DNA from: Takakia lepidozioides | Lineage: Eukaryota; Plantae; Bryophyta | Direction of reading: 5' to 3' | Assembly: GCA_030704615.1 (NCBI GenBank) | Contig: CM060732.1 | Location: 11,160,001 to 11,224,000 of the forward strand | DNA: 64,000 nucleotides | Shown here: piece after piece, positions 62,810 to 64,000 of the stretch | Layout: every line of letters begins with the position of its first letter | Numbering within the stretch: the stretch's first letter is position 1 | Position numbers and translations under genes: made by a program | The notes under the pieces: model-generated | The model's input: the letters and a program-made list of their open reading frames with translations, nothing else | Told to the model about the DNA's origin: nothing | The model's database searches: none

Positions 62810-63723
62810 AGCCAATGACCCATATCAAGCAATTGAGATCCATTGCCTGACCCAACACCTGGCGTCGTGATGTCTCTTACAGAGCTGACACAGCTGTAGT
62901 GCCCCTGGCAAATCCCATTGCCCGCTCTCGCTCATCCGCATTGGGCTCCACCAATTGCTATAGCACACTGTCCCAAATCAACCCAGGACCATTGTCTCGA
63001 AAAGCATGAGACAAAGGAAAGCTCATGAGCGTAGGCAAGGCTGTACGTGGCTACCCTACTCGATTTACCACTCCCTCTGTGGTTGCCTCCCTTGGTCCAA
63101 AATGCCCTCAACTGTGAGATTGGGGGGCCGTTGAATGGAATCGTATGCTCTCTTGAGCAGCTCTGGTGGTGCAAGATTGGTCCACCACAATCGAGGTTGA
63201 TGCGCTCGTGATCCCACCGCTGCTGCATCCAATAGCACCGCCAATCCAATCCAAGACCGCACCTAATGCACATTGGCCATAACCCTGGCCCGAGAGTCCC
63301 CCATAAGAGGAACATTCTCCAAGATATAGGCTAGAGGTTGCACTTGTCTCGTCTGCAAGTCACGCAACACTCTCAACATCTCAAATGCGATCGTGCATCA
63401 TGCAAGCCATTCCCATGACCTGCGAGAGAGTGTCCTTGGCAAGGCCATCCAGCTATCACCAAGTCAATGGCACCATGTCGGTCCAAATCATCTGCCCCCA
63501 GCAAGGTAATGTCTACTAGCAAGGCCTTTTGATACCCTTGAATTGATGAGAGAGACAACAACTCATGATACCGGTGTGTGAGCAAGGCGATGTGGCGCAT
63601 AGAAATACGTCGAGCTATCTCATCCTTCTCCACATACAAGTACTTGCGTACTTTAATCCCAGCTTGCAACAGTCCTGCAAGCCCAGTGCTCATGCCTCCA
63701 AACAGATCTAGCAAACAAATCCT
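62810..63723 (-). pseudogene. DNMT3-like C5-cytosine methyltransferase domain inside the retrotransposon pol region
   Basis: Motif I LLDLFGG; II YVEKD; IV DLVIAGWPCQ (63436-63444); VI YILENV (63311-63319); VIII DAAAVGSRAHQPRLWWTN; IX ERERAMGF; X RRQVLGQAMDL. Two frameshifts and several stops. Confidence 0.92.
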
Positions 63724-64000
63724 TGAGTCAGATGGTTGCCAGGTAATGGGCACTGTGTCCAAAGGAGCTAACTGAGGAGGTCCAGGTGATGTCACTGAAC
63801 TCCCCTCACTCATCAATGGAAAGACCTCCTGCCATGCTTGGTGCACACTCTCGCCTGCTACTCGCTGCAAATTCCCAACCGTACCCCACAGTGGAATATG
63901 CACAGGCACATGAGGAAGCAACTCAGCCTTGTATGCCAGTTGCTTGTCCTCATCAGGTGGTGGCCTATCATCTGCATGGCTATTGCCCTCCAAGAGCTCA

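Larger units (their letters stand above)
60119..64000 (-). mobile_element. Ty3/Gypsy LTR retrotransposon carrying a C5 DNA methyltransferase (DNMT-RT-RNaseH-INT); continues beyond window, 3'-truncated
   Basis: Colinear minus-strand domains in Gypsy order (RT, RH, INT), with the MTase immediately upstream and no intervening terminal repeats or introns seen. Confidence 0.9.

Noticed and set aside
61780-63265. CAG-to-TAG stops in the DNMT-Gypsy element as a sign of self-methylation
   Set aside because: Similar transitions occur in the MULE transposase and L1; host CHG methylation and ageing explain them.
62810-63723. Bacterial restriction-modification MTase or contamination
   Set aside because: Embedded in Gypsy pol within plant DNA, DNMT3-like C-terminal motifs, no endonuclease partner.

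Overview
Eukaryotic, transposon-dominated 64-kb window. A non-seed land plant (bryophyte, lycophyte or fern-like) is inferred from a PLS-DYW PPR gene, a DUF1221/MLKL-type kinase, an HNL-type alpha/beta-hydrolase and spliceosomal introns. In order, the window contains: (1) three related RTE/RTEX-group LINE copies with almost no 3' UTR; (2) an alpha/beta-hydrolase gene followed by intron-containing clathrin heavy-chain exons that can be spliced in frame; (3) a ~17.4-kb palindrome of two ~7.4-7.8-kb inverted arms of a Mutator-like element, each carrying Ulp1 protease and unknown genes, around a broken MULE transposase; (4) a frameshifted MLKL-like kinase and a second, decayed clathrin fragment; (5) a small two-domain gene; (6) CRE, Ty3/Gypsy, hAT, L1 and MITE debris; (7) a PPR-DYW RNA-editing gene; (8) a near full-length dead L1; (9) at the right edge, a Ty3/Gypsy retrotransposon whose pol region carries a complete DNMT3-like C5-cytosine methyltransferase domain directly upstream of RT-RNaseH-integrase. 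Item 9 is the most striking, followed by the hydrolase-clathrin chimera and the giant MULE palindrome with its dense AGTCTG motif arrays. All calls are from reading motifs by eye; no searches were run.
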